DNA of 64,000 nt, taken from positions 1-64,000 of the IMG/VR virus record IMGVR_UViG_3300009159_000038; one strand, given 5' to 3'. Each line of letters starts with the position of its first letter. Within the stretch, counting starts at the first letter, position 1. The notes beneath the pieces are model-generated. The model ran no database searches. It had not been told where the DNA came from and saw only the letters and a list, made by a program, of their open reading frames with translations. The DNA comes from an uncultured virus (IMG/VR IMGVR_UViG_3300009159_000038). Lineage: Duplodnaviria > Heunggongvirae > Uroviricota > Caudoviricetes. Below, piece by piece: positions 37,312 through 47,840 of the stretch. A program made the position numbers and the translations under genes.

Positions 37312-40300
37312 TGTTCAAATATCTTAATTTTTTTAGTAAAGATGGTGAATATCTTTCATTTGATTACGACGAGACTACTGATTTTTGGTCTGGTCGAATT
37401 GACATGAATACGGTTTCTCAAGGACTAATAGAAGACTACCAAATTTATATAATGGAAGAGGTTTGGAATCCAAACCCTGGCCAAATCGAATATAGCTGGC
37501 CAAGATTGTCTACGATCGATGGTGTTCGAGCTTACTTCAATGCCGATGGTATAGCAAAACCTCTATCGGATTATTCACCAGAATCATATGATGTTACTCA
37601 GATATTTATGTATGATCCAATATCATCTACTCCGGCAGATGGTTTGAATCAAGTTCCAGAACCTTATGTAAAATCTGATTATGAATTAGGTGGTACTCCA
37701 GGAGCAACAGGAACTTATATAATTAATCAAATATATGGTAATCCTTATTCATCTGGATCTACTGCAGTCGGTCAACAACCAATAACTATAGGTGCAACTA
37801 TTGGATATGGATATAGCAATATAGGAGATTATCAACATGGATCTACCGGAGATTATCCATACATATCATATACAAATAATCCTTATAATAGAGCAATGCA
37901 AATCAATCTGGCTTTTAGACCAGATGATGAAGATGCCTATAAAACATACTTATTTCTTGAAACTTTAGGAGGAACCGCTTTCGCTAAAATTGAAATATAT
38001 GGTGAAGGTCTAAATGAAGATGAACGTCTTCGTGCATTATTAGAAACTTTAGGTTATGATATTCTACCGAGTGATTCTATAATATTTGATTCATCAGATG
38101 TTAATGAACCAAACCCGGATTGGAATTTGATTAACCGAAAGAGAAAAGAACTCATAAATGAACATTCGAATATCTTTCCTTTCTTAGGTTCCTATAAAGC
38201 CCTGATTAATATTATTAAGTTTTATGGATATCAAAATGTAAGAGTTAAAGAATATTGGAAGAATGTAGATTTACAATCTAAGAATTATGGAAAGGTTCGC
38301 CAAACAAATATTATTGATATATTTTCACCAGCTGCTAATTTCAATGATGCTAGAACTTTACCTAGTAAAATATACAAGAAGACTAATCAATTCGGTTTAT
38401 TCTATGACATAACTGAGGCAACTAATGAATTTGATGATGATGGATTGCCTATCGTAAAGGAATCCTTTACTTTTACTATTCAAGAAGTTTTAATTAAGCT
38501 ATTTGCTTTAAAGAAAAAGCTAGAACAATTCTTTCTTCCACTCAATACCAGAATTATTGATATTGTTGGCGAAGCTATTTACTTTGCTAAATATGATATT
38601 AATGTTTGGAATGACCAATCAAGAATTGAAGCTGTTAGTTTAGGAATCAATCCAACAATAAGTATTATTCCTGGAATAACTGGTCAAATAGAAGATCTTC
38701 GTCCTCTATATTTCTATGGAGCGGCAGTTGGTCCAGATCTTACTGTAGGCGGAACTTCTAATTATTACTCATGGAATATTCAAGTAGGAAATACGGCTAG
38801 TACTGTAGGTCCTTTGAGTTCTATACAAACCTATTATTTGGATCTAGTTCCTGCCGGATCTACAACATATTATCGAGTTGCTACTACTGTTAAGACTGAT
38901 GATGATAATGGAAAACAAATTTATCCGGCAAATGTTATTGTTGATAAAATGATAACCGATTGGAAAGGTGCTACTGAATCAGTATTCCGTAATTATAACA
39001 TTTTTCAAGAAGGAGGAACTAGTGGAGTAATGCGAATCGTATCTACAATCGAAGGTGCTAGTGGAACAGTATTTGCTGGATGGTATTCTAATACAACTAC
39101 CGCAATTCCTTCAGGAACTTACCTATCACCTGGACTTACTGGTGGTACTGCAACATATATTGATATTTCCCCAAACGGAACATTCGGTCCAACCGGTGCA
39201 TCTATTGGATATTATGGAAGTGCATTCATTGGATATTTCGATGGATTAAACCGAACAGTATACGAACTTAATGATGAACCTGATATTCCGGTTGGATATT
39301 CAATAGTTCTTCAAAATGATACATTTGATTTAACATGGGATGAAGCTGAAGTATCATATAATCAATTAGATATCGTTGGATCAACCGGTCCAAGTGCTGG
39401 ATCTGGATATACTTTATTCTCATCATTTGATAATAGCTATGAAGTTACTGGATGGACATCGGTGAGTGGTGGACCTACTGGAGCTTATCCTATAGGTGCA
39501 ACCTACATTAGTATACCGGTAGTTCAAGGTGCCACAGATTTTCCAACATCCCTTTATCCATACACAAATCAATATTCTTGGTATAATGTCGGTGATAGAG
39601 GATTCGTTGAATTAGAATGGAAAATTGAAATGGTTCCTGGAGCCGGTGCTACATTTACTCATACGTCACCAAGATTATCTGCAAGAGATGGATATCAATA
39701 TCCTATAATCCTACCTTATGTTGGTAAATATCGAGTTACCCTTAAGATGTGGGATCTTTGGAATAATATGTCAATTAGAGTGAATGATGATTTCATTACG
39801 GTTAACGAAAGTGGAGCATCTGACTTTATTGGATGGTATCAGCAATTACAGAAATCCTACAATTGGAATGATGCTGATAGAAGATATCCAGTACAAAGTG
39901 ATTATTCAATATTATCAGAAGAATGGAAAGATTCACATAAACCAGTTTTACGATGGAAAGATTATAATTCTACATGGGCATTACCTTTCCATCCTAATGA
40001 AGAGATTGGTATGTGTGACCTTACATATGACACATTAGACACAATCGAATTTTATCAATCTAAAACTAATACTAATTACGTCGATAATTACATTGACAAA
40101 TTTCCTTACACATGGGATCTAGTAGGTGATTGGATGTCATGGTTCGATGGTTATCATTTATGGTGGGATGGAACTGGACCCAAGTTCAGTCAAGCTATTG
40201 TAAATTCTTTAGGTTATCAAACTGGATCTACTGGATCTACTGCATATATGTATGTGTCTAGAGGAAACAGTACATTAAATATAAATGAAGGAACTCAAAT

Positions 40301-41396
40301 ACTTTGGACTGATGGTCCAACAGGATTTAGTGGTCCAACCGGTGCTAGTGCTGCTCCATCTGGAGGAACTGGATCTATCATTTATTCTGCATCTAATGCT
40401 AGGGTTTATGTTTGGAATGGAACCGAATGGAAATATAGTAATGAGGATCTAGATGGTATTGCGATTCCTAATGTAACTTCCGGTTCAACTTCAGGATATA
40501 TTGAAGCCATTAAGAAGATAAATGGTATTGGAGAAACTAATCCACATAACGTATTCCCTGATCTAATTGGATATTACGATGAGGTTTATGATACAAGCTA
40601 CATACCTCAACCTAGAATTACTTTAGTATCGAGAGATTATAGTCATAAAGGTCAATATAAATTCAATTATGGATTTAATTATGCTATACCGGCTGGAGGA
40701 ACTATGATCGCTGGTACCGGTACAGTAACTTCATTTGAAACTCCGTTCTTTGGATATGCTGGAGATATGCCCGCCACATTTGAAATTTATGAAATCAACG
40801 GATATTCTTCTATTTTAATAGGACCAACCACTTCAACCGGAATGATAGATCCATTTGTTACTGGAGCAACTAATTTAATAGATCTAGCTAAGTACTTAAA
40901 TGAGGCATCTGATTTAGGTTATCCTGGTTTGATGGAGTATACATATAATACTGTATATTCAGCACCTGGATGGACCGGTGGAGCAGGACCTACTTCGTCA
41001 ATACCTGTAAAAATACAGGCAATTGCCAAAGCCTTTACTTCCCCATTTCATGTAGATGTTGAATATACTGGTAACATTGTAGGTACAACTTATGGAAGAC
41101 CATCAATACAAAATATTGATTGGGATGCTATTAGAATACTTAAATATCGTGAAATTCTACCAAGAATGACACTTTTGAGCTTCTGTTATGATAATTCAAA
41201 AATGAAAGGAAAGAAAAATCCTGTATGGATTATCACAAGAGAAGGAAGTAATTCTACTGAGAATATATACTATAATAATCAGTACTTTTCGTACTTATTT
41301 AGAGATTCAGGAGATTATACAATATCTCTTCAACTTGAAGATACTAACGGAAACATAAGTAAAATAGATAAAAAACAAATAATAAAAATTGTATAA
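37311..41396 (+). CDS. Large baseplate wedge protein (gp7-like) with PKD-like domains
   Basis: LGSYKALINIIKFYGY segment; GKYRVTLKMWD and GDYTISLQLEDTNGN. Confidence 0.6.
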   Translation: MFKYLNFFSKDGEYLSFDYDETTDFWSGRIDMNTVSQGLIEDYQIYIMEEVWNPNPGQIEYSWPRLSTIDGVRAYFNADGIAKPLSDYSPESYDVTQIFMYDPISSTPADGLNQVPEPYVKSDYELGGTPGATGTYIINQIYGNPYSSGSTAVGQQPITIGATIGYGYSNIGDYQHGSTGDYPYISYTNNPYNRAMQINLAFRPDDEDAYKTYLFLETLGGTAFAKIEIYGEGLNEDERLRALLETLGYDILPSDSIIFDSSDVNEPNPDWNLINRKRKELINEHSNIFPFLGSYKALINIIKFYGYQNVRVKEYWKNVDLQSKNYGKVRQTNIIDIFSPAANFNDARTLPSKIYKKTNQFGLFYDITEATNEFDDDGLPIVKESFTFTIQEVLIKLFALKKKLEQFFLPLNTRIIDIVGEAIYFAKYDINVWNDQSRIEAVSLGINPTISIIPGITGQIEDLRPLYFYGAAVGPDLTVGGTSNYYSWNIQVGNTASTVGPLSSIQTYYLDLVPAGSTTYYRVATTVKTDDDNGKQIYPANVIVDKMITDWKGATESVFRNYNIFQEGGTSGVMRIVSTIEGASGTVFAGWYSNTTTAIPSGTYLSPGLTGGTATYIDISPNGTFGPTGASIGYYGSAFIGYFDGLNRTVYELNDEPDIPVGYSIVLQNDTFDLTWDEAEVSYNQLDIVGSTGPSAGSGYTLFSSFDNSYEVTGWTSVSGGPTGAYPIGATYISIPVVQGATDFPTSLYPYTNQYSWYNVGDRGFVELEWKIEMVPGAGATFTHTSPRLSARDGYQYPIILPYVGKYRVTLKMWDLWNNMSIRVNDDFITVNESGASDFIGWYQQLQKSYNWNDADRRYPVQSDYSILSEEWKDSHKPVLRWKDYNSTWALPFHPNEEIGMCDLTYDTLDTIEFYQSKTNTNYVDNYIDKFPYTWDLVGDWMSWFDGYHLWWDGTGPKFSQAIVNSLGYQTGSTGSTAYMYVSRGNSTLNINEGTQILWTDGPTGFSGPTGASAAPSGGTGSIIYSASNARVYVWNGTEWKYSNEDLDGIAIPNVTSGSTSGYIEAIKKINGIGETNPHNVFPDLIGYYDEVYDTSYIPQPRITLVSRDYSHKGQYKFNYGFNYAIPAGGTMIAGTGTVTSFETPFFGYAGDMPATFEIYEINGYSSILIGPTTSTGMIDPFVTGATNLIDLAKYLNEASDLGYPGLMEYTYNTVYSAPGWTGGAGPTSSIPVKIQAIAKAFTSPFHVDVEYTGNIVGTTYGRPSIQNIDWDAIRILKYREILPRMTLLSFCYDNSKMKGKKNPVWIITREGSNSTENIYYNNQYFSYLFRDSGDYTISLQLEDTNGNISKIDKKQIIKIV

Positions 41397-41399
41397 AAA

Positions 41400-41972
41400 A
41401 TGAGTATTTCAATAACCTCGCTTAACGGAACTGATGCACTATCATCATCTAGAATAACCATTAACGACAACTTTGCAACAATTAGTGATGCATTAAATTC
41501 AGTACTCGCTATCATTGATATTTCAACCGGTAAGATTAATAATTCTGCCTATGGAAGTGATAACGATATTGAAACCGAAGATCTAATTGTTAGAGGATCA
41601 ACTGGTGGTGGTATTACAGTTATTACCGGAAGTGTTACAGTCAATAATGGAAATGTAATTTCTGGTGGATATGTTGAATTAGGTTCTGGATCAAATGTTA
41701 GATTTGAAAAAATTAACAGAGTATTTAACAGTTCTCCATCATCTACTATTCCGATAATTAATTTCTCGGGAACTGCTGGAACTGGTGGTGTTGGACCTGT
41801 TGGTGCAATGATTCTTCCTCGTTTAGCACTTGCTGATATTATAGACATTCGTTACCCACAAATTGGTGCGGTTGTTAATGTTGTTACTGGTGCTAGTTGC
41901 TATCCAGTAATATGTACACAATCTGGAACTACTGGAACTTGGAAACCGCTTACCTTAGGTACAGCAATATAA
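41400..41972 (+). CDS. Virion protein (fibre-anchor-like N-terminus)
   Basis: GTDALSSSRITINDNF. Confidence 0.55.
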   Translation: MSISITSLNGTDALSSSRITINDNFATISDALNSVLAIIDISTGKINNSAYGSDNDIETEDLIVRGSTGGGITVITGSVTVNNGNVISGGYVELGSGSNVRFEKINRVFNSSPSSTIPIINFSGTAGTGGVGPVGAMILPRLALADIIDIRYPQIGAVVNVVTGASCYPVICTQSGTTGTWKPLTLGTAI

Positions 41973-41987
41973 TAAAATTAATAATTA

Positions 41988-44033
41988 ATGGCTACACCTT
42001 TATTAAGTCCACTAAGGGTACAAGGAGGAACATTTTATACTTTCACGTCTTCAGCTGAAGACATTTCGAAAACGTTTACTGACGATGATACTCGATTCGT
42101 CTTTTCGAAGTATGCTCTCCTTGATATCCCAGATGTAAGAACTCCATCTAATAATCGAGAAAATTATCTTGTATGGGAAGGGATTGGATCCGTTGCAGCT
42201 GGTGGAACTTCATCCGTAGCCACTTTATCAATAGATGATAATATTAATGCGGCAGAATCTCTTCAAAATTATTTACTTAATTTTGAACAATTAATCCTAG
42301 AAGGAAGTAATACTTTAGCTAGAGGATATAATCAATCTGAACTATACACAGTTTCTGAACGTTTGTTTTGGCGATGGTTAGCTCAAGTAAATGCCATTCG
42401 TTTTAAAAATGCCACTGCATCTGAAAGTGCAGCCGGTACAAGATATACTGAAGAAGATTCTTCATCAGTTTATAATAAAGTTGTTAAATATCTAGGCGAT
42501 ATTGACATTATCAATAATGTATCTAGAGACGGTCATTCATATTCAGAAATTTATTTGAATGTGCCTACTCAACATGGAAATACTCCATTTGCTCTATTCA
42601 AAACTTACCAAGATTATAATTACTTCCCTGGAGGAATTTGGTCTAATGGAAACACTTATATTGATGGTCGTGATTCTGGATCTACTTCACCAAGTGGTTT
42701 AGATTTAAGAGCTTATTATGATAGTGATTTAACTGATTATTACTCTACCGGTGCCACATTTGGTATGGTAACTAACAATTCAGGTTTTGCTAAAATTTCA
42801 GGAGGTAGTGCTAAACCAGTACTCATATCTAATATGGATGGTGCTATCCTGGATTTTGAAGCCGCTTCATATCGTCCTATCGTTGATGATCCAGGTATTA
42901 ATATCATTCCTGAATGGAATGCCAGTGGTGCTGCTGGAGACTTCTCATTTAATGCAGTTCTAGTTTATTATGATGTTTATCAATCATCCAATCCTACAGT
43001 AAGAGCAAGAAACCTTTATGGTATTCTATTCCTAGATGATTATACTAACGCTTCATCTAGTTTCTCATATCTAAAAAGATTCGATAAATACAAACCAAAT
43101 GCCATTACCAAACTAAATGGTAATTCATATGGATTGAAGCTAAATCTAAAATTTGATACATCTGCTGATAATGTTGGAGTTGAAACTGTAATCAATGATT
43201 ACAATACATTTTCTATGGATTTATTCATTGATGCTTCTGTTAGATTACAAGAAGCCGGTGAAATGTTTTTGCGACAAAGAAATGACGTTTCAGAAATCCG
43301 TCAAGAAATTTTAAATTTAAAAAATGTTGCATATTCTCAAGGCGGTTTAGATCTTTTAGCTCAAAGACTTTCTCTTCTGGAAAAACAATTAAATAATGCT
43401 AGATTAGCATTCTCTAGTGAAACTTCGTTATTAGATCTAATTGATAAAAATTCAGAGGATATTAGTAATATTCTTTCTGGAAGAACTAGTATTAGTTTAA
43501 CCTATGATCTTGGTACTTTTATGCCAGGTCCTGGAATTCTAATAGACAAATCAATACCTAATCAAATAAAGATTATCAATCGTAAACAAAATTACGATAA
43601 TTTCGTTATTTGTAAGAATACATCCGGACAATTGCTTACCGATGTAAATAATGGTCGAGTGGTTACTTCAACTACAAACGGAAACGTTTTAACTTTAGGT
43701 ACATTTACCAATTACTTTAAACAAAAAAATACAAATGCTGATCCTGATACTGGTATTGAAACTTTACAAGATTCTTTGTATATAAATATAGACGATACAA
43801 ACGTTAAGTGGAAAAAAGGTCAAACTTTTAGATTAGTATTTAATGACCCTATAGCAACCGATGGCTACAACATGGTTTTCCGAACAGACGCTGCTAATAC
43901 TTTAGGCGGTGGTGCCTATGGAAAAATAATTTATACCGTACTTACATCAGAATTATTATCATCAAAACCTATAATTGAAATTACTTGTACTGATGATAGT
44001 GGTTTCAATTTCGAATTAGACATATTAAGATAA
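41988..44033 (+). CDS. Structural protein
   Basis: In tail module; FSFNAVLVYYD..NLYGILFLD; coiled coil. Confidence 0.55.
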   Translation: MATPLLSPLRVQGGTFYTFTSSAEDISKTFTDDDTRFVFSKYALLDIPDVRTPSNNRENYLVWEGIGSVAAGGTSSVATLSIDDNINAAESLQNYLLNFEQLILEGSNTLARGYNQSELYTVSERLFWRWLAQVNAIRFKNATASESAAGTRYTEEDSSSVYNKVVKYLGDIDIINNVSRDGHSYSEIYLNVPTQHGNTPFALFKTYQDYNYFPGGIWSNGNTYIDGRDSGSTSPSGLDLRAYYDSDLTDYYSTGATFGMVTNNSGFAKISGGSAKPVLISNMDGAILDFEAASYRPIVDDPGINIIPEWNASGAAGDFSFNAVLVYYDVYQSSNPTVRARNLYGILFLDDYTNASSSFSYLKRFDKYKPNAITKLNGNSYGLKLNLKFDTSADNVGVETVINDYNTFSMDLFIDASVRLQEAGEMFLRQRNDVSEIRQEILNLKNVAYSQGGLDLLAQRLSLLEKQLNNARLAFSSETSLLDLIDKNSEDISNILSGRTSISLTYDLGTFMPGPGILIDKSIPNQIKIINRKQNYDNFVICKNTSGQLLTDVNNGRVVTSTTNGNVLTLGTFTNYFKQKNTNADPDTGIETLQDSLYINIDDTNVKWKKGQTFRLVFNDPIATDGYNMVFRTDAANTLGGGAYGKIIYTVLTSELLSSKPIIEITCTDDSGFNFELDILR

Positions 44034-44034
44034 A

Positions 44035-47000
44035 ATGAGCGAAACTAAATATACATTAACTACCCTTCTTAGTGACCTACTGGCATTACAGAATAATGGT
44101 TACGAGATTATGAGTAAACTATCTGAGGTAGTTTCTTCTAAATCAGATACCGTTGAAATACTTGTACTAGATCCTAGTGATCGTAGTAAAATGATGACTG
44201 TTAAAGTTCCATCATTCGGTGCAATGAAAGAGCAAATCTCTGCATTATCGAAAAATGTAGAAGCCCTTTCAGGTGTAGGAGAATCCGCATCTAATGTTCA
44301 ATTATCTGATGGTTCATTTAGAAAAATTTTAGTTAGCGAACTTAAAAAAGAGGCTGCTAATATTCAAAAAGTTGCAAATCCAACTACTTTTAATACACGA
44401 GAAAATTGGTTCTTTGAATCTTTTCTTAATCCTTTAATGTATGTTTCATACGATCTAACTGATCAAGTTAAATTCAATACTGAAAATGTAGATGTTGCTC
44501 GTTACATCCTTAGTTTAGATACTTTTGAAAAAACTCAAGTATTCGAGCAAAGACTTAAAGGTAGATCAGATATTAGTTATGATGATTTTGTAAAGATTTT
44601 AATTGATTATAATATTGCCTATTTCCTAGATAAAGACGTTATCACTGTTCCTCCTAGAGCAGTTAGATTCTATGGAGATTTTTCAGTTCTTAATGTTGAA
44701 GATTCTACAATATCTAATGTTGTAGATGGAGTAACTATACAAAACCGTCAAATCATTGTTCAACTAGATAATCTTTTCTATAATGATTCTAATTCTCCTT
44801 ATTTAGCTACTCAATCTCTTAAATTAGGAGATTATCTAATAATCAAAGGTGGAAGAGGAAATACTCGATATGAAATTACATCAATCGATGGAGGTCAACG
44901 TAAAGTTGCTCTTAAATTAATTGAAGGATTCGATCCAGTTTCAATTGGAGCTGGAGTTTTATCTTTTTATACAGAAGATGTTTCGACGATCAGCATTAAT
45001 ATTAATGTAGGATTCAATGAAAACTGTGTGGTATTCATTAAACCAATTGATCCAGAATCTAAATTAGAAGCTATCAAATGGTCTCCAGGATCTTCTTTCT
45101 ATACAAATGAATTAACTATCGTAGATCAAGCTACAGGAAACTTAATATTCTTATCGGATTATTATAAGAATTCCGTAATTGACTTTGGTGCTTTTCTTTA
45201 TTCAATGTCTAAAGAGAAAGTTCCACCTGCTATTTTCGGATTAGTTCCTGATGCTCCAAAACTTAATGCCGGAGATTTTAAAGTGGTACAAATCAATAAT
45301 CATTTAACAGATACTTCACCGGCTGCTAAATTGAAAGGTCTTCAAGCAGATAAAATTCGTATTTCCGCTGATATATCTTCATTGGATGCATCTATTAATC
45401 AATTGAGATCCAAGATACAAACCGTTAAATATACAACTACTCGTTTAAGAGATGTAGATGAGAATAAACTTAATGCGCTAATAACACAAAAAGATGCAGC
45501 AACTCAGCTATATGGTACTACGGTTAATGAGATCGTTAAAATTGGAACAGATCCAAACTCTGATATTGTTCCTAAATACCGACTTAGAGGTTTCTTTCCA
45601 ATACCACAACCTAAATTATCAGATAGAACAAACCCTCAACAAGTTGTTCAATTCAATATTCAATACCGATACTTACAGAAAAATGGAAGTGCTAATTCAC
45701 CGCAACAAATTCCTTTTACTGATAACAACGGTCAACCTAGAACAGGAACTTTTTCTACATGGACAGAATACAAATCCGAAGTAAGAAAGAGAGCAGTGGA
45801 TCCTACAAGCGGTTCTCAGAAATGGGTGGTTGAAGATGTTGAAAATCCTGATTATGTAAATATCAATCAAATAGATATTGCTATTCAAGCCGGAGAAGCC
45901 GTTGAATTTAAAGTTCAATCTTTATCTGAAGCTGGATGGCCAATATCGCCTTCAACTTCCGTTTATAGCGAAACTATTAAAGTTGATTTTCCTTCAGATT
46001 TAGAAGTAGATCAAGGATTAACGAAGATAATCGAACAAGCAAAACAAGATAAAGTTAGAGTAGATCTAGAACTTGCTCTTATTCAAGATGGAGTTCCTCA
46101 ACATATATCTACATCATTTACTCAAGGAGAAAATTATTGGGCACATAACGCATTCGATATTGCTTCCGGATTCTTAACACCTGAAAATAATATTCTCTCA
46201 TTATTTGATAAAATAAATGATTTACAAACGCAAATACAAAATCTTGCTGCACTTATTACGGTTGCAAAAGGTGTATTAGTAGTTAAAGTTATTGAGGATG
46301 GTGGTACTGAATATAGTGTTGAAGCTAATAAAACGCTTAAGATTTTTGCTGGAAACTATAAAGATGAAGTTGCCGGATTAAACGTTAAGAAAGGCGTTAT
46401 TATGACTAAGAATTATTATGTTCAAATTCAAAATGCCGATACATCTCCATTAGAAATGTATGCAAGAATTTGGGGTTCTAAATATCAAATTGCAAATGCA
46501 TCTTATTCAGAAGGTTTTGGATATTCTACAACGGATTCAGATTATAATACCGTTAGACGCTATGATTATGTTCCTTTAGGACTTTCAAATCCTGCAACCC
46601 TAGATGTTAATAGATATGGAATTATCAATCGTCAACCAGAACAAAGTGCTCAAGTTAGAGGTCAATTTATTAATTCTCGTTTCCTAGCAATCGATGGAAT
46701 TTCTAAATTATTTTCTAATGTTGGTGGTGCTACTTATGGAGTTGAACGTACTGACTTATTCTTACAATATGGAACTGGTGGTCTTCCATCAGCTACTACA
46801 CAAGCAAATGCTCAATATGCCACTTCGTTAGATCAAATGGAATATTTTGCTGGAACTACCGCATTAAGTGCAATAACATCTTTAGCAAATGGACAGGCTG
46901 CCTCAGATTTTATTTGGAAACCTACACCTACGGTAAATTCTAAATTTGTGGTTGGATCTACTTCATCTATTATTAATACATTCTATGATAGTGATATTCT

Positions 47001-47763
47001 AATTCACATTGACCATCCATCAATTATTGATTGGCAAACTGCATGTGCTGGATCTACTGCAAATCTACTTAATATAACTAAAGGTACAATAAGAAATTCT
47101 CGTTTTGCTCCTGTTCAAGTTCCTAATTATGGATATGGAAGACAAAGTGCTCTTTATTTTAATGGTGCTTCTGCCGGTGCAATTGGTGCAACATATTCTA
47201 AGGTTGCCTTTGTTGAATACGATCAATATTTATTAGGTCCTAAATCATGTGGATCTTATCTATTCCTTAATCCAAATACTCATGGAGATGTAGTGGTTGA
47301 TGGTAGCGGATTCGATGCAGTTAAGACTGTGCAATTTGGTGGAGCTAATGCTATTAATATTCCCATCACTTTTCAATATCGAATGACTGATTATTTTGGA
47401 TTTGGAACTTCCGGATTAGGAAAAATTGGAGGAAATCTAAATGCATCTCCGAATGCAAATGTTGAATATTCAAAAACGATTGGTATAGACATTTACACAA
47501 ATCCCAAGGAAACTCAAAGGTTCTCATTTGATATTGAAATTACCGCTAGATATCGTTCTAATTCTATCGTAGGTTCTCTTTTACCAGTAACTACATTCGA
47601 ATCCCAAATTAATACATTAACTAATGTGGTTAAGAACATTAATCCTACAGTTACTCAAATTAAAGGAACTGGTATTAGTCAAGTATCGTCGGCTCCAGCT
47701 CCAAAGACTAAAGCTGGAATTTCGTCTCTTAAGAATCTGATCAAATCTGCTAAAGGTGGTTAA
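44035..47763 (+). CDS. Large structural (baseplate-associated) protein
   Basis: 1242-aa ORF with coiled coils in the tail module. Confidence 0.55.
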   Translation: MSETKYTLTTLLSDLLALQNNGYEIMSKLSEVVSSKSDTVEILVLDPSDRSKMMTVKVPSFGAMKEQISALSKNVEALSGVGESASNVQLSDGSFRKILVSELKKEAANIQKVANPTTFNTRENWFFESFLNPLMYVSYDLTDQVKFNTENVDVARYILSLDTFEKTQVFEQRLKGRSDISYDDFVKILIDYNIAYFLDKDVITVPPRAVRFYGDFSVLNVEDSTISNVVDGVTIQNRQIIVQLDNLFYNDSNSPYLATQSLKLGDYLIIKGGRGNTRYEITSIDGGQRKVALKLIEGFDPVSIGAGVLSFYTEDVSTISININVGFNENCVVFIKPIDPESKLEAIKWSPGSSFYTNELTIVDQATGNLIFLSDYYKNSVIDFGAFLYSMSKEKVPPAIFGLVPDAPKLNAGDFKVVQINNHLTDTSPAAKLKGLQADKIRISADISSLDASINQLRSKIQTVKYTTTRLRDVDENKLNALITQKDAATQLYGTTVNEIVKIGTDPNSDIVPKYRLRGFFPIPQPKLSDRTNPQQVVQFNIQYRYLQKNGSANSPQQIPFTDNNGQPRTGTFSTWTEYKSEVRKRAVDPTSGSQKWVVEDVENPDYVNINQIDIAIQAGEAVEFKVQSLSEAGWPISPSTSVYSETIKVDFPSDLEVDQGLTKIIEQAKQDKVRVDLELALIQDGVPQHISTSFTQGENYWAHNAFDIASGFLTPENNILSLFDKINDLQTQIQNLAALITVAKGVLVVKVIEDGGTEYSVEANKTLKIFAGNYKDEVAGLNVKKGVIMTKNYYVQIQNADTSPLEMYARIWGSKYQIANASYSEGFGYSTTDSDYNTVRRYDYVPLGLSNPATLDVNRYGIINRQPEQSAQVRGQFINSRFLAIDGISKLFSNVGGATYGVERTDLFLQYGTGGLPSATTQANAQYATSLDQMEYFAGTTALSAITSLANGQAASDFIWKPTPTVNSKFVVGSTSSIINTFYDSDILIHIDHPSIIDWQTACAGSTANLLNITKGTIRNSRFAPVQVPNYGYGRQSALYFNGASAGAIGATYSKVAFVEYDQYLLGPKSCGSYLFLNPNTHGDVVVDGSGFDAVKTVQFGGANAINIPITFQYRMTDYFGFGTSGLGKIGGNLNASPNANVEYSKTIGIDIYTNPKETQRFSFDIEITARYRSNSIVGSLLPVTTFESQINTLTNVVKNINPTVTQIKGTGISQVSSAPAPKTKAGISSLKNLIKSAKGG

Positions 47764-47840
47764 TAAGATCTTATAGGTGATATATCATCTAATATCATAG
47801 AGTAGATCTATGAACTAAACTAATTGGATAAATATATTGT

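Noticed and set aside
47764..47840. Small intergenic inverted repeats
   Set aside because: Weak AT-rich stems without a U-tract; not distinguishable from chance
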